Source: a virus
Strand: one strand, 5' to 3'
Length of the DNA stretch: 43,892 nt
UHGV virus genome: UHGV-0392495
Positions 43,592 through 43,892 of the stretch are shown here, one piece after another. The stretch's first letter is position 1; each line of letters begins with the position of its first letter. Under the pieces are notes generated by a model, which saw only the letters and a program-made list of their open reading frames with translations, was not told the DNA's origin and made no database searches. The position numbers and the translations under genes were made by a program.

Positions 43592-43892
43592 ACACGTATT
43601 TAGGAGGTTAAGAAGATGGCAGAAACAGATGCGGCTGTTTTTATTGTAACGGCGATTGCTGCCGGAATTGTAATGTGGAAATTCCTAGATTCATTATTGT
43701 GAAGGAGGCAGAGGATGAGTTGGAGATATGTCTTTGATATGTACCAAACCATGGATATCGCATATGCAATTATAATGGTGCGAAAAACATGGTATAGATT
43801 CTTTGTCTTGGGAGATGGAAATGTGTACTTTTGTAAAAATGGAGAGGCATATGAAACAGGACTCACGATAGATGAACTATTTTAAATCGTAA

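Overview
The window looks like a complete (~43.9 kb) temperate siphovirus genome (or excised prophage) from a low-GC Gram-positive host. All modules are present and the two window ends appear contiguous (circular permutation). The lysogeny module and the endolysin point to a Firmicutes / Clostridia-like host.

Layout:
- 1-2400: an early region of many small Cys-rich ORFs separated by a reiterated stop-codon + RBS boundary motif, ending in an HNH endonuclease.
- 2400-5570: an accessory island with a second tyrosine recombinase plus a divergently transcribed, operator-flanked three-gene cassette of unknown function.
- 6006-6143: a Lar-like anti-restriction microprotein.
- 6195-11155: packaging and head genes (fused TerS-TerL terminase, portal, minor head protein).
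- 11464-15762: an unusual moron island embedded inside the structural module. It holds a sigma-r4-like regulator, Gly/Gln/Cys-rich low-complexity proteins, a BclA-C-terminal-like protein, a free-standing HNH/AP2 homing-endonuclease-like gene and a KTR zinc-ribbon gene.
- 16110-16420: two phage tRNAs, anticodon UAU and an atypical type-II tRNA with anticodon UUG.
- 16513-31094: scaffold, major capsid, connector, major tail, chaperones, a 1100-aa tape measure protein, distal tail/baseplate and fibre genes.
- 31127-32410: XkdX-like gene and an M15 peptidase + cell-wall-binding endolysin.
- 32411-32696: attP-like repeat region.
- 32697-35394 (minus strand): integrase, zinc-ribbon protein, ImmA/ImmR-type (XRE-family) lysogeny switch.
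- 35450-43191: PR promoter, Cro/Xis-like HTH, two antirepressors, a Rad52-like single-strand annealing protein (SSAP), DUF968-HNH, Holliday-junction resolvase and replication proteins.

The most striking unexplained structure is a start-less, inverted tail-fibre C-terminal cassette (30639-31094, minus strand). It lies tail-to-tail with the fibre gene 30087-30638. A perfect 14-bp inverted repeat sits in identical codon phase in both, the architecture of a Mu G-segment / shufflon-type host-range inversion switch.
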